In this document: one piece after another, positions 1-9,455 of the stretch
How the letters are laid out: each line of letters begins with the position of its first letter
Position numbering within the stretch: position 1 is the first letter of the stretch
Virus record (IMG/VR): IMGVR_UViG_3300017909_004705
Length of the DNA stretch: 64,000 bases
Source of the DNA: a virus
Taxonomy: Duplodnaviria > Caudoviricetes
Direction: 5' to 3' (one strand)
The notes under the pieces: generated by a model
Databases searched by the model: none
What the model was told of the DNA's origin: nothing
Seen by the model: the letters and a program-made list of their open reading frames with translations, nothing else
Made by a program: the position numbers and the translations under genes

Positions 1-908
1 TTTTGGTGTGCGGCTATGCAACCTAGACTTGATCCTGCATCACCTGGGTTTGGAATTATCCAGATGTTGTCAAATAGTCCTAGGTTTGCAAGTACCTTGT
101 TGGCCGCACAGTTAAGTGCTACTCCGCCGGCATACACCAAATTACGTGATCCATACCTACTTGCCCTGTGCCATAGATCTGCAAGGCACTCTTCCGTCAC
201 TGCCTGTATACTGGCCGCAAGGTCCATTGGATCTGCTTCCGGATGCCACTCGCTTAACCCCCTGTGTAGATTTTGCTTCAACTTAAATGGAGACTGATAC
301 ACAAAGTCATTGTATATGTCTTCTTTGTATTTTGGCTCACCGTATGCGGCCATGCCCATTAAAATGTATTCTTCTTCCGCAGGCTTCAGTCCACAACGAT
401 GTGTAAATGCACTGTAAAGTATTCCTATGCTGTGCGGATACTTGATTGTTTCCTTCCTTTCAATCCATATTTTTTCCGCAGTGGATATTGACACTGTATC
501 CCATTCACCAATTGCGTCGACTGTTAGTATTGTTGCCTCTCTGAAAGGCGATGTAAAATATCCTGCCGCGGCGTGAGAGTCATGATGTTTCACGTACTCG
601 TCGATCTTGATGTTGAAATTGTCTAGATGCCATTGTGGCAATTCTGTATGACTTAATGCATCTGACCATTGTCCTGCGTAAAGTTGCCGTGTTTTTTTCA
701 GCCAAGGCTTTTCATAATAAACAACTTTGTCGAAAGGACCATATGTCATTGCCTCATTTACTATTTGCCAATTAAGATAGTGATCGTTTTTGACCTTTGA
801 ATAGCGTTCTGCGTGTGCGGCCCATAAAACCTCACCTATGCCAGAACTGTAATCTACCACTGACATGGCGGCATCATGATTCATACAATTAATTCCTAGT
901 ATCTTCAT
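1..908 (-). CDS. Carbamoyltransferase (CmcH/NodU/TobZ family), runs off the window edge
   Basis: Not in the ORF track. Manual translation from ATG at 908 gives MKILGINCMNHDAAMSVVD...AHAERYSKVKND...HHDSHAAAGYFTSPF...TVDAIGEWDT...YPHSIGILYSAFT...EEEYILMGMAAYG...GGVALNCAAN...PNPGDAGSSLG, the hallmark NodU motifs. Confidence 0.93.
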   Translation of the reverse strand, partial: MKILGINCMNHDAAMSVVDYSSGIGEVLWAAHAERYSKVKNDHYLNWQIVNEAMTYGPFDKVVYYEKPWLKKTRQLYAGQWSDALSHTELPQWHLDNFNIKIDEYVKHHDSHAAAGYFTSPFREATILTVDAIGEWDTVSISTAEKIWIERKETIKYPHSIGILYSAFTHRCGLKPAEEEYILMGMAAYGEPKYKEDIYNDFVYQSPFKLKQNLHRGLSEWHPEADPMDLAASIQAVTEECLADLWHRASRYGSRNLVYAGGVALNCAANKVLANLGLFDNIWIIPNPGDAGSSLGCIAAHQ

Positions 909-1053
909 CTTCCTCCTTGTGCCAACCCCTGTCCTCGATATTGTTGCCTTTGCATTTAGGACATGCCCAACCCTCTTCCGAGTCGTCCTGTATTAGATCC
1001 TGTGGTGCCCCACGCCACTGACAGCCATAGCAATACCAGTTCCACCAGGCCAT
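889..1053 (-). CDS. Small Zn-ribbon/rubredoxin-like protein (CxxC...CxxC)
   Basis: MAWWNWYCYGC...WACPKC. ATG at 1053 directly follows the trxB stop, and the 3' end overlaps the carbamoyltransferase start. Confidence 0.65.
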   Translation of the reverse strand: MAWWNWYCYGCQWRGAPQDLIQDDSEEGWACPKCKGNNIEDRGWHKEEDEDTRN

Positions 1054-1054
1054 C

Positions 1055-1996
1055 CTATTTTGTCTCTTGTCCTGCAAGATATTTCTCTGCTTCCAGGGCC
1101 GCCATGCAACCCATTCCGGCGGCTGTCACCGCCTGCCTATAAGTTTTATCTTTTACGTCACCAGCGGCATAAACTCCTTCTACGCTAGTAAGAGTTGAAT
1201 CAGGTTTTGTAATTATGTAATTCTCATTGTCCATCTCTACTTGGCCTTTGAATATGCCTGTGGCTGGATCATGCCCTATTGCAATGAATACTCCATCTAT
1301 TTTCTTTTCAGTGATAGATCCATCCACTGTGCTTTTAAGTTTCACACCAGTAACGTTATTTGGATTCTCATCTCCCACTATTTCTTCAATCTGGCTGTTC
1401 CAAATACATTCGATCTTTTTGTGTGCAAATAACCTGTCCTGCAAAATTTTTTCTGCCCTTAATTTGTCTCTCCTATGCACAAGATAGACTTTACTTGCCA
1501 TTCCTGTGAGGTAAAGTGCTTCTTCAACTGCACTGTTTCCACCGCCAACCACTATGACCTCCTTGTCCTTAAAAAAGAATCCATCACATGTTGCACAGGC
1601 AGAAACTCCGAATCCTGAAAATTTCTTTTCACTTTCTATTCCCAACCATCTTGCTTGGGCGCCTGTTGATATGATCACACTGTCGGCCGTGTATGTTTCT
1701 CCACTTTCCCCTACTGCGGTGAATGGTCTATTACTGAAATCAACTGATTTAATCATGTCTGTAATGATGTCTGTGCCAACACTTTTAGCCTGTTGCTCCA
1801 TCTGTTGCATCAACCACGGCCCTTGTATTACATCACCAAATCCAGGATAGTTTTCCACGTCAGTTGTTATTGTCAATTGTCCTCCTGGTTGCATACCCTG
1901 TACCAACGTTGGCTTCAGCATCGCCCTTGCTGTGTATATGGCCGCGGTATAACCAGCGGGACCTGATCCAATAATTAAAACTTTTGAATGTTTCAT
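1055..1996 (-). CDS. trxB: Thioredoxin-disulfide reductase
   Basis: GSGPAG FAD motif, GGQLTITTDVENYPG, CATCDG redox centre, GGGNSAVEEA, AAGDV...YRQAVTAAGMGC. Likely start is MKHSKV at 1996 (ATGA overlap with the upstream stop). Confidence 0.96.
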   Translation of the reverse strand: MKHSKVLIIGSGPAGYTAAIYTARAMLKPTLVQGMQPGGQLTITTDVENYPGFGDVIQGPWLMQQMEQQAKSVGTDIITDMIKSVDFSNRPFTAVGESGETYTADSVIISTGAQARWLGIESEKKFSGFGVSACATCDGFFFKDKEVIVVGGGNSAVEEALYLTGMASKVYLVHRRDKLRAEKILQDRLFAHKKIECIWNSQIEEIVGDENPNNVTGVKLKSTVDGSITEKKIDGVFIAIGHDPATGIFKGQVEMDNENYIITKPDSTLTSVEGVYAAGDVKDKTYRQAVTAAGMGCMAALEAEKYLAGQETK

Positions 1997-2670
1997 TTTA
2001 CTTTCAAGAATCCTTTCGCTTTTACTAAAGCAGTCTCCCAATCTTCCAATGTCATGTCATATTCAAAATTTTGCGAAGTTTCGTTTACCTGTAATTCTTT
2101 AGCACCATTTTTAGTATGGAAATTCCTTGCCATTTTAGTCAACGGTGAAAGTGTAACCAATCGATTTAGATGATTTGATTTTTTGATTCTCTTGTACACT
2201 TCATTTATTATTGCACGTCCTCCGCCTTTTTTCTTTGCCCAAACTGTGTAAGCCACTGCAATCGACCCTTGCACTCCTGCCCTGTTACTGGACCTGATTG
2301 CGGAATCATAACTAAATTTTTCTAGTTCTTCAACGGTCTTTGGTACCTCATCCGTAAAAGCAAAACAAATGATGGCAGAGATGTCACCTTCGTCATCTCG
2401 CAATCCTAGTATTTTTCTACCATATGTTTGTCTGAATACTAAATCTAGTTCAGGACGGACTGGATCTTCTGTGACGTCAATATATGGAAGTTCTACAAGT
2501 GTATACTTTGATTCTTTTATTTTTTGTTTTGTGTATGCTTCTAAACTTTTATAATTTTTATTTGTGTAACTTTGTAACTTTGAAAATTTTTCCAATAGTC
2601 CGGTGACCGAAGGATGCTCTTTCCATCGTTCCAAAACCTCTTTCAGTTTTTCTTTATTAAGTATTTCCAT
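1993..2670 (-). CDS. GNAT-fold protein resembling the malonyl-CoA decarboxylase catalytic domain
   Basis: IAVAYTVW...GGGRAII...LVTLSPL resembles the MCD/GNAT motifs AVFYSIS...FVTLSP. Confidence 0.5.
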   Translation of the reverse strand: MEILNKEKLKEVLERWKEHPSVTGLLEKFSKLQSYTNKNYKSLEAYTKQKIKESKYTLVELPYIDVTEDPVRPELDLVFRQTYGRKILGLRDDEGDISAIICFAFTDEVPKTVEELEKFSYDSAIRSSNRAGVQGSIAVAYTVWAKKKGGGRAIINEVYKRIKKSNHLNRLVTLSPLTKMARNFHTKNGAKELQVNETSQNFEYDMTLEDWETALVKAKGFLKVK

Positions 2671-2672
2671 TT

Positions 2673-2777
2673 TTATTTGTAAATGAATGGATCTTTCTTC
2701 TTAAGTTCTTTCACTCTTTTTCTATAGGCTATTTCTTGTTTGAATTTAAGCCAAAGATTTTTTATCCATTTAAACAT
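2673..2777 (-). CDS. 34-aa basic micro-protein ending KDPFIYK
   Basis: Manual translation gives MFKWIKNLWLKFKQEIAYRKRVKELKKKDPFIYK. It has a GGAG Shine-Dalgarno upstream and fills the gap between flanking genes exactly. Confidence 0.75.
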   Translation of the reverse strand: MFKWIKNLWLKFKQEIAYRKRVKELKKKDPFIYK

Positions 2778-3447
2778 GATTTGTCTCCTTTCTAAAAACA
2801 TATGTTGTTAATCCGCCGTTCCTCCAGTTCCATAATATTCCTGGATGACTGTCTACGAATTTATAATCCATAAACATCTTTTTTACATCTCTACTGTAAA
2901 AACTTAATTCGTAAGGATGTTGTTCCTGATCTATTTCTAGGGTTTGAGTAGCATAATCATTTGGCAATAACTTTTGCAACCTCTTGCCCCATGGATGATA
3001 AAGACCTATTATGAACATACCACCGTTGTGTAGCATGTTTTGTAACCTTGCTAAAGTCTGCATGTAATCAGGTATGTGATGCAACACGCCCTGGCATATG
3101 ATTGTATCGAAACCATCATGTGTTTCAAACCTTGTAAGATCTTCTTTTATGAATTTAAGATTAGGCCTGTTCAGTTCTTCTTTTATTTTCACTGCATAAT
3201 TTATACTATCTGCAAAATCTACTCCGGTAAAGTTTTTGGTAGGATAGGTTTGTGCAAGATAGTTCACCATGAAACCTGTGCCACAACCTGCGTCGAGGAC
3301 AGTACGGCTATGCATTATACTGTTTGATATGAAAGCAATATAACGATTTTGCCCTGCATAGGTCTTAACAGACTGAGCAGTGTAAGGACCTGGAAAAGGA
3401 TGTTTATTATAAAAACCTTTTACCTGATCGCTTTTATTTGTATTCAT
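2770..3447 (-). CDS. Class I SAM-dependent methyltransferase
   Basis: VLDAGCGTG motif I, GVD motif II, FDTIICQGVLHH; N-terminal FYNKHPFP. Confidence 0.9.
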   Translation of the reverse strand: MNTNKSDQVKGFYNKHPFPGPYTAQSVKTYAGQNRYIAFISNSIMHSRTVLDAGCGTGFMVNYLAQTYPTKNFTGVDFADSINYAVKIKEELNRPNLKFIKEDLTRFETHDGFDTIICQGVLHHIPDYMQTLARLQNMLHNGGMFIIGLYHPWGKRLQKLLPNDYATQTLEIDQEQHPYELSFYSRDVKKMFMDYKFVDSHPGILWNWRNGGLTTYVFRKETNHV

Positions 3448-3550
3448 AAGGATCCTTCATTTTCAATTCTTCTAGTCTTTTTTTCAATTTTCTTCTGTAT
3501 GCAATTTTCTGTATCATTTTGTCAAAGAGTTGTTTTATCCATGATATCAT
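3434..3550 (-). CDS. 38-aa basic micro-protein ending KDPYEYK (paralog of 2673-2777)
   Basis: Manual translation gives MISWIKQLFDKMIQKIAYRRKLKKRLEELKMKDPYEYK. ATGA overlap with the upstream stop and a GGAG Shine-Dalgarno. Confidence 0.75.
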   Translation of the reverse strand: MISWIKQLFDKMIQKIAYRRKLKKRLEELKMKDPYEYK

Positions 3551-4350
3551 AGTTTTTCTCCTGTTATTTTTTTAAACACTGGTAACATTAATTTTACAGC
3601 ATCATCGTGTGATTCGTCAAGTGGATGAGTTGTACCCCTTTCGTAGTCATTTAACAATGCCCACTGGTTAAAACCCATCATCCTTTCACCAAAACTAAAC
3701 CATTTAGTAATATCAATTTCATTGTATAAGGCATTCATAAATTTGTCCTGATCTTTGTGATGTTTCATCTCATTGTAAAACAAACTGTTATCTGCCAGTG
3801 TGAACATAAATGGTATTTTCTTTTTTTCCAAGATATTCTGTAACCAAATTATGCTCTTCCAACTTTGGTAGACTTCGTGGTATTCATTTGCCGCGTGTCT
3901 ATAAATTGCCTCGGCAAAAGGTCTGACCCCTGTTTCTGCCAACAGGGATGACCTACGTTTCCAAACTTCTTGTTGCCCCTCTGATCCTAAAAGTGCTTTA
4001 TGCCTTTCTTCGTTTGTCATTGTAGTGTCCCAAGGTGATATCGATACCCAACGTGTGTCCTCTAATACTTTGTGCCTTGGCATTGCCCAATCATACCTTG
4101 ATGTGAACGTCCACATAACAACCACCATATCTATATTATTATTCTGTGACACTGAATTAAACACCCTACGTGCTATGCCTGAATTGCCAGTGCCCGGCAC
4201 TGCTGAACAAATAAAGTTTCCTGTTGGTTGGCAGTGCTTGAATAGTCCATAGGCCCATGTCTGCTTGGAGTCAGTTTTACCATTGTTGTCGTCTGATAAC
4301 TCCGATCCGTATGTAAAACTACAACCCCCTGCTAAAAAATCTCTAATCAT
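3547..4350 (-). CDS. SGNH/GDSL-like hydrolase or acyltransferase
   Basis: N-terminal GCSFTYG, PGTGN (block II-like), VVMWTFTSR and C-terminal HP, typical of phage SGNH-like proteins. Confidence 0.65.
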   Translation of the reverse strand: MIRDFLAGGCSFTYGSELSDDNNGKTDSKQTWAYGLFKHCQPTGNFICSAVPGTGNSGIARRVFNSVSQNNNIDMVVVMWTFTSRYDWAMPRHKVLEDTRWVSISPWDTTMTNEERHKALLGSEGQQEVWKRRSSLLAETGVRPFAEAIYRHAANEYHEVYQSWKSIIWLQNILEKKKIPFMFTLADNSLFYNEMKHHKDQDKFMNALYNEIDITKWFSFGERMMGFNQWALLNDYERGTTHPLDESHDDAVKLMLPVFKKITGEKL

Positions 4351-5521
4351 AAATCTGTAAAACCTTATTTAAAAGTGGAAATACTTCTCCAAAATTTTCC
4401 TTTCTATACTTGTCTGTCCGCAATATTCTAGCCTTACGCTGTTCTCTCATCTCAGGAGAATCCCTGTCCACGGCATTCATGAATCTAATGCTAGGCTGAT
4501 AGTCTGTGAGCATGTGATATCTATCCGTGACTATATCTTTGATTTGTTTTGGTAGGGTCTGAACATTGAAGATATCAGGGTCGAAACAGGTGTTTACATA
4601 AAAAAACTTGGGCTGGTACTGTGCTACCCATAACGCAATCTTGGCCCAATTGAACACATTGAATATTGATACCGTTGAACATATCTGAAATTCCATGTTG
4701 GGTGTTTGCATCTCCTTAAACTTGACAAGGTTAGCACTAACTTGCCGCCAATTGGCTGGATGTCGCTGATACTCGAATGCTTCGCCTATGTCATCTATAC
4801 TAAATGCTATTTCCACGTGTTTGAAGTATGCCCAAAGATCAAATATTTCCTGTGGTGGCAAATGGGTGCCGTTTGTGTTGTAATGTATGTCAATATTTTT
4901 GGCATATCCTTTTTCAACACAGTGCATTAGAATTTTGAAATGATCCTTTATCATAAAAGGTTCACCGCCTGTAAATTCAAAGTGCTCCACATGTTTTAAA
5001 TCCTCTTGCAGTTCTTCAAAAAACTGTGGATTACGTTTTGGCCATCCGCCGTCTTTCAATTGCTGTCTTGCAACAGGATTATCAGAACCTATGGCCTTTT
5101 CATAGTCTATTTCTTCCTGTGCCCATTTGCTTGAACTCCACGATCCGCAGATCCTACACTTGAGGTTGCAAACGTTACCTAACTTAAAGTCTATAAACTT
5201 TAGCGTTGGCTCGCTGTTAGGTGTCCAATCTTTGAGGCTCTTGTTCATTTTGTATATTGAGTTCTGCCTTTTTGATGTTTTACCGGCATCCTCCTCAGCC
5301 CAGCAGTTTGCACAACCTAAAGGTCTCTCTCCTTTACGGAACTGTTCTCGTAATTTTTCCATGTATTCTGTTTTCTGTATAGTTCTTAAGCTCTGTTTGT
5401 ACACTTTGACCTCTGGTATGCTACCTTTGTAGAGACAGCAAGGAGACGCACCGCCGTTTACATCCACTTCCAAGTGTGTCCATGGTAACGGACAGACAGT
5501 TGATTTTATATACTTTTCCAC
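4343..5521 (-). CDS. Radical SAM protein with N-terminal SPASM/twitch-like domain (array copy 5)
   Basis: CPLPW...PCC...CANC followed by CNLKCRIC, GGEP, YNTNG, SIDD. Confidence 0.9.
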   Translation of the reverse strand: MEKYIKSTVCPLPWTHLEVDVNGGASPCCLYKGSIPEVKVYKQSLRTIQKTEYMEKLREQFRKGERPLGCANCWAEEDAGKTSKRQNSIYKMNKSLKDWTPNSEPTLKFIDFKLGNVCNLKCRICGSWSSSKWAQEEIDYEKAIGSDNPVARQQLKDGGWPKRNPQFFEELQEDLKHVEHFEFTGGEPFMIKDHFKILMHCVEKGYAKNIDIHYNTNGTHLPPQEIFDLWAYFKHVEIAFSIDDIGEAFEYQRHPANWRQVSANLVKFKEMQTPNMEFQICSTVSIFNVFNWAKIALWVAQYQPKFFYVNTCFDPDIFNVQTLPKQIKDIVTDRYHMLTDYQPSIRFMNAVDRDSPEMREQRKARILRTDKYRKENFGEVFPLLNKVLQIYD

Positions 5522-6852
5522 CAGTCTAATATCCTTTTATCTCTTTTCAAAATATGTGTGATATCTTGTTTTCTTATTTTGTCAAGATACAGTTGTCTTA
5601 ATTTTCCCTTTTTTGTTGGGGTAAATGTTTCTCTTGTCTTTAAATTTTTAATCACATCGATCAATGCCCTTTGTTTGTGCGTGGCCTTTGGCTCCATGTA
5701 TTCCAATGCTTCATCAATAATTGTGTGTAGTAAATCTTTTGGCAGTGACAATGGACTTAAAATTTCGTCATTGCTAAAAGTAAACATGACTTTTGTCAAA
5801 ACTTCAGTGTTCAACTCTTGACTTAGGTCAAACATATTTTGTAACTCTAATAGTCCAGGCATTGTGATAGTATAATCCAATCTCATTTGTCTAGAGTGAG
5901 TTGATACTGATAAACCTTCTTTGAAATTACGCAACCACTGTGTGTAATCTAGTCCGTCTCTGATATATTCTGCAACTTCGCCGGTGCCGTCCATAGACGC
6001 ACACACCTGCCAATCATTAAAATATTTCAAAATGTCAAAAAGATTGGAGTTTCTAAAAGAGGTTCTGCTTAAATTAGTATTGTATCTAACATACACTTCG
6101 TCAGCAAATCCAAGTTCTATTATCCTTTCCATTGCTTTCCAATGCATATCCCACATCAGTGGTTCCCCTCCACACCAATAAATTTCTCTTATTTGTTTTG
6201 TTTCGATTGAATCTACAAACTCTTGTACAATTTGCTTATCTTGAAACTTTTGTATCTGTTCTCGTAAAGGAGATGCCATCCAAGGCTGTGACTCTTTGCT
6301 CCAGGTTTTGTTCTTCCTGGATTCTGCTTCCCAACTTGAACTTAACATATCACCACACATCCTACATTTAAAATTGCATAAGTTATTGAACCTATAATCA
6401 AAACTTATAGTTGGCATAGTAGTAGCACCCGTATCATCGGTTTTTGCAAACGCTTCATCAATCCTGTCTGCGAACAATTTATTCCAATACGATCTATAAA
6501 CATCTGTGTTCAAAAGTTTATGATCACACACTTGACATTCGGGTAATTCTTCCCCTGCCATCATACGCAGTCTAACAGATCGCATGTGATCTGAATTCCA
6601 GTGTTCTTTTAGCGTAAGAGGTTTGTATTCTTTTGCATTATTTCCTGTATCTATGTACTGTTTGAAACTTTGGGCAGGCTCTCTTGATGCACAACACATA
6701 CGCCTCTCGGTCTGTGGTGACAAGTAAGTGTGCGTCCATGGAGCCATACAAAATGTCTTGTTTCCATCCTTTGGCTTGACACGTTTTGACACTTTAGCCA
6801 CCTCTCCGTTCCTTGGCCATCTCTCATCCGCTGTTGGAAATCTATCCGGCAT
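5506..6852 (-). CDS. Radical SAM protein with N-terminal SPASM/twitch-like domain (array copy 4)
   Basis: CMAPW...MCC...CQVC; CNFKCRMC; GGEP; YNTN. Confidence 0.9.
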   Translation of the reverse strand: MPDRFPTADERWPRNGEVAKVSKRVKPKDGNKTFCMAPWTHTYLSPQTERRMCCASREPAQSFKQYIDTGNNAKEYKPLTLKEHWNSDHMRSVRLRMMAGEELPECQVCDHKLLNTDVYRSYWNKLFADRIDEAFAKTDDTGATTMPTISFDYRFNNLCNFKCRMCGDMLSSSWEAESRKNKTWSKESQPWMASPLREQIQKFQDKQIVQEFVDSIETKQIREIYWCGGEPLMWDMHWKAMERIIELGFADEVYVRYNTNLSRTSFRNSNLFDILKYFNDWQVCASMDGTGEVAEYIRDGLDYTQWLRNFKEGLSVSTHSRQMRLDYTITMPGLLELQNMFDLSQELNTEVLTKVMFTFSNDEILSPLSLPKDLLHTIIDEALEYMEPKATHKQRALIDVIKNLKTRETFTPTKKGKLRQLYLDKIRKQDITHILKRDKRILDWWKSI

Positions 6853-8122
6853 ACAACTCCTTTAATTCAGGAAACACTTCTGTAATGTTTTCATTTCTTA
6901 TCACATCTAATTTTTGCATACTGTCTTTAAATTGTTGCAGGTCCTTTGAATTATCTCTCCTCATCATGTAGTCTAGTCCAGACTCGAAGCCTTTTGTTGC
7001 ACGAGTTAGATGATCTTTTGGACGTAACCACTCCAAGTGTTTTTCATATTTTTCTTTTACTTTCAGTTTGTATGAATCAGGCAACAGATCTATCCTTTGT
7101 GGATATGGATACTGCAAAAGATTAAAATTAAAATCTTGTGGTTTAAGTAGTCCTTGATCAACCCAATTCCTATGGAAGTCAGGTATATGTAAGGCATTGA
7201 TTAATCCTACTGTTGAACTGATGTAGAAATCAACTTGTGGACAAACTTCCAACATCCTTTTCCTGTTTGCAACAATGTCTTCCCATACTGTACCTTTACG
7301 CATTAATTCTCCACGTTTGCCTTCAGCATCTAGGCTGGCACCTATAGATACTGAATCAAATTTATTCCATAATTCTAAAACATCAATGTCCTTGTATTTT
7401 GTCCTTGTAAAATTAGTATTGTAAATTAGTCTCACATGATACATTTTTCTTTTATCTAATTCTTTCAATATCCTGTAGTGTTCTTCCATTATAATTGGCT
7501 CACCACCAGCAAAATAAAATTGTTCCACATGTTCAAACTGATCTAACATCTGTTCCCATATGTCATTGCTACTTCTTCCAACTTTCATTACCTTGGCGTG
7601 ATTAGGCGGAGCACCAGTGAGTTTTTTGTGATCTTCGTACCAATTCGAACTAAACCATGTGCCGCAACTTCTACATGCTAGGTTACAAAGGTTACTGAAC
7701 CTTATGTCCCAATATTTGATTACAAAATCTGCTTCACCTTCTGGTGTGGTGTTGTCCACCATGCCTATGTTATGCCCAAAATGTTTGTTAGAACTCAAAC
7801 GCAAACTGAAAAAACCAGATTTTTCCTGGTCATAACATTTTCCACAATGTTTGCTCGCCTTGTTTGACAGCATATTTTTTCTTATGCCTTTCATGGTATC
7901 ATTGTTGAACACTTCCGCCATGCTATTTTTATTAAGGTCACCAACAGGATATTTGTCCAAAGCAAAACAACACGGATACGCCCTGCCGTCCGGAAACGCA
8001 TGTATGTGCAACCAAGGCATCATGCAGAAAGTTTCACTGTCGATCAACAACTCCTTTTGGCGAGGAGTCATGTCCTTAATCTTTAACTTCTCGGGCTCCT
8101 TGGCCCCGTAATCATATGCCAC
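6842..8122 (-). CDS. Radical SAM protein with N-terminal SPASM/twitch-like domain (array copy 3)
   Basis: CMMPW...DGRAYPCC...CGKC; CNLACRSC; GGEP. Confidence 0.9.
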   Translation of the reverse strand: MAYDYGAKEPEKLKIKDMTPRQKELLIDSETFCMMPWLHIHAFPDGRAYPCCFALDKYPVGDLNKNSMAEVFNNDTMKGIRKNMLSNKASKHCGKCYDQEKSGFFSLRLSSNKHFGHNIGMVDNTTPEGEADFVIKYWDIRFSNLCNLACRSCGTWFSSNWYEDHKKLTGAPPNHAKVMKVGRSSNDIWEQMLDQFEHVEQFYFAGGEPIIMEEHYRILKELDKRKMYHVRLIYNTNFTRTKYKDIDVLELWNKFDSVSIGASLDAEGKRGELMRKGTVWEDIVANRKRMLEVCPQVDFYISSTVGLINALHIPDFHRNWVDQGLLKPQDFNFNLLQYPYPQRIDLLPDSYKLKVKEKYEKHLEWLRPKDHLTRATKGFESGLDYMMRRDNSKDLQQFKDSMQKLDVIRNENITEVFPELKELYAG

Positions 8123-9455
8123 GGTACCATTCTCCTATGATTGGGAAAGTCTTTTCAAAGTCCTTTCCTGTTCGTTTGTCGTATTGGCTATAAAACGCCT
8201 TGAAATCTTTTTGCAGTTTGCTTTGTTCGGCCGCTCCTGCGTGTGGTGTTTTTACAACATCAAGGTAGTCAATCAGCCTTTGTGTTTGATTGATTTCCAT
8301 GTGTTCTAAATACTTTTCGTTACTATTTAAAAACTTTACCAAGTCCAATTTAAATTTATTTCTTAGGTCGTCTGGTAGGACAAGCGGTGATTGGAAACTA
8401 GGAAACCTCAAAATATTAAGTGTGTAATTTATTGTCGGACCGTACACCTTACTTGCATTTTTAAACCATACAATTTTCTCTAAAAACTCCGGCAATGATT
8501 CAAGGCACAATGCATTTATTGTTGCCATGTTGTGTATTTCAGATGGCACCTTATCTACCATCATATGTAAAACTTGGCTATGCCAATCACCATAATTTAA
8601 TCCATCTCTGATGTATTCAGCCTGCCCAAACGTTGCTTCACAACTAGTGTATAAGTGAAAATTTTTAAAGTTTTTTAATTTTGTTTTAAATCTATCAATA
8701 ATACTTTGCTTCGCTCCTAAATTAGAATTGATTGCGATACGCATGTTTGGATTCATTTTATCACCTTGCGTTTCAATCCAATCTAACAATCGCCATAAGT
8801 TTGGTGACATCATTGGCTCACCACCCGTGATTCTAAGTTCATCTAAACTCTTGTGCAGGTCAGTTTCCCACCATTTGTAAAATGCTTCTACATAAGGATT
8901 GGTTTCATCTTTCTTGTATGGTTCTGCACTCTCATGACTGTGAGTATAATGGTTTCTTCCGTCTGACGTGAGTCCTGTGTATGGTCCTTGTTGTTTTATA
9001 TTGTTTGCCCATGTAGAACTAAATGCAGGATTGCAATAGGTACAGGCAAACTGACAGGTCCTGTCAAATGCTATTTCTAAAGTTTTAAGATTCCAATCAA
9101 TGTTATGGTCTGATCTGTGTGCCTCATCTAAGGCCGCATCTGAAAATATTCTTGATTTATAAACCCTATCACTGATTGCGTCCCTGCCTATGTCTTCTAT
9201 CTTCCAGCAGTATTCACAACCTGCAGGCCTTTCGCCACACTGCATTTGCCTACGTTGTTCTTTCTTTTGTTTTGTGTTGTGGATTGCACTTGGATTTTTC
9301 TTAATTTCTTCGAGATCAATCTTATGCGGCAATGGGTGGTGGCAACTTGTGGTCATTCCTGATCCCAACCATATTGTTGCATTGAACCATTTGGCTCCAC
9401 AGAAACTGGCACTCTTTGTATCTAGTATTTTTTTCTTGTATTCTAAATCGTTCAT
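8112..9455 (-). CDS. Radical SAM protein with N-terminal twitch-like domain (array copy 2)
   Basis: CGAKW...SCHHP...CEYC; CQFACTYC; GGEP. Start taken at MNDLEY (ATGA overlap). Confidence 0.9.
   Translation of the reverse strand: MNDLEYKKKILDTKSASFCGAKWFNATIWLGSGMTTSCHHPLPHKIDLEEIKKNPSAIHNTKQKKEQRRQMQCGERPAGCEYCWKIEDIGRDAISDRVYKSRIFSDAALDEAHRSDHNIDWNLKTLEIAFDRTCQFACTYCNPAFSSTWANNIKQQGPYTGLTSDGRNHYTHSHESAEPYKKDETNPYVEAFYKWWETDLHKSLDELRITGGEPMMSPNLWRLLDWIETQGDKMNPNMRIAINSNLGAKQSIIDRFKTKLKNFKNFHLYTSCEATFGQAEYIRDGLNYGDWHSQVLHMMVDKVPSEIHNMATINALCLESLPEFLEKIVWFKNASKVYGPTINYTLNILRFPSFQSPLVLPDDLRNKFKLDLVKFLNSNEKYLEHMEINQTQRLIDYLDVVKTPHAGAAEQSKLQKDFKAFYSQYDKRTGKDFEKTFPIIGEWYRGI

Noticed and set aside
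1030-1053. WNW motif in the small Cys protein resembling the darobactin core
   Set aside because: It is N-terminal with no leader and is part of a CxxC knuckle strand; most likely coincidence.
1997-2041. Longer TrxB start (MGDCFS...)
   Set aside because: It overlaps the upstream gene; the family N-terminus begins at MKHSKV with an ATGA coupling.
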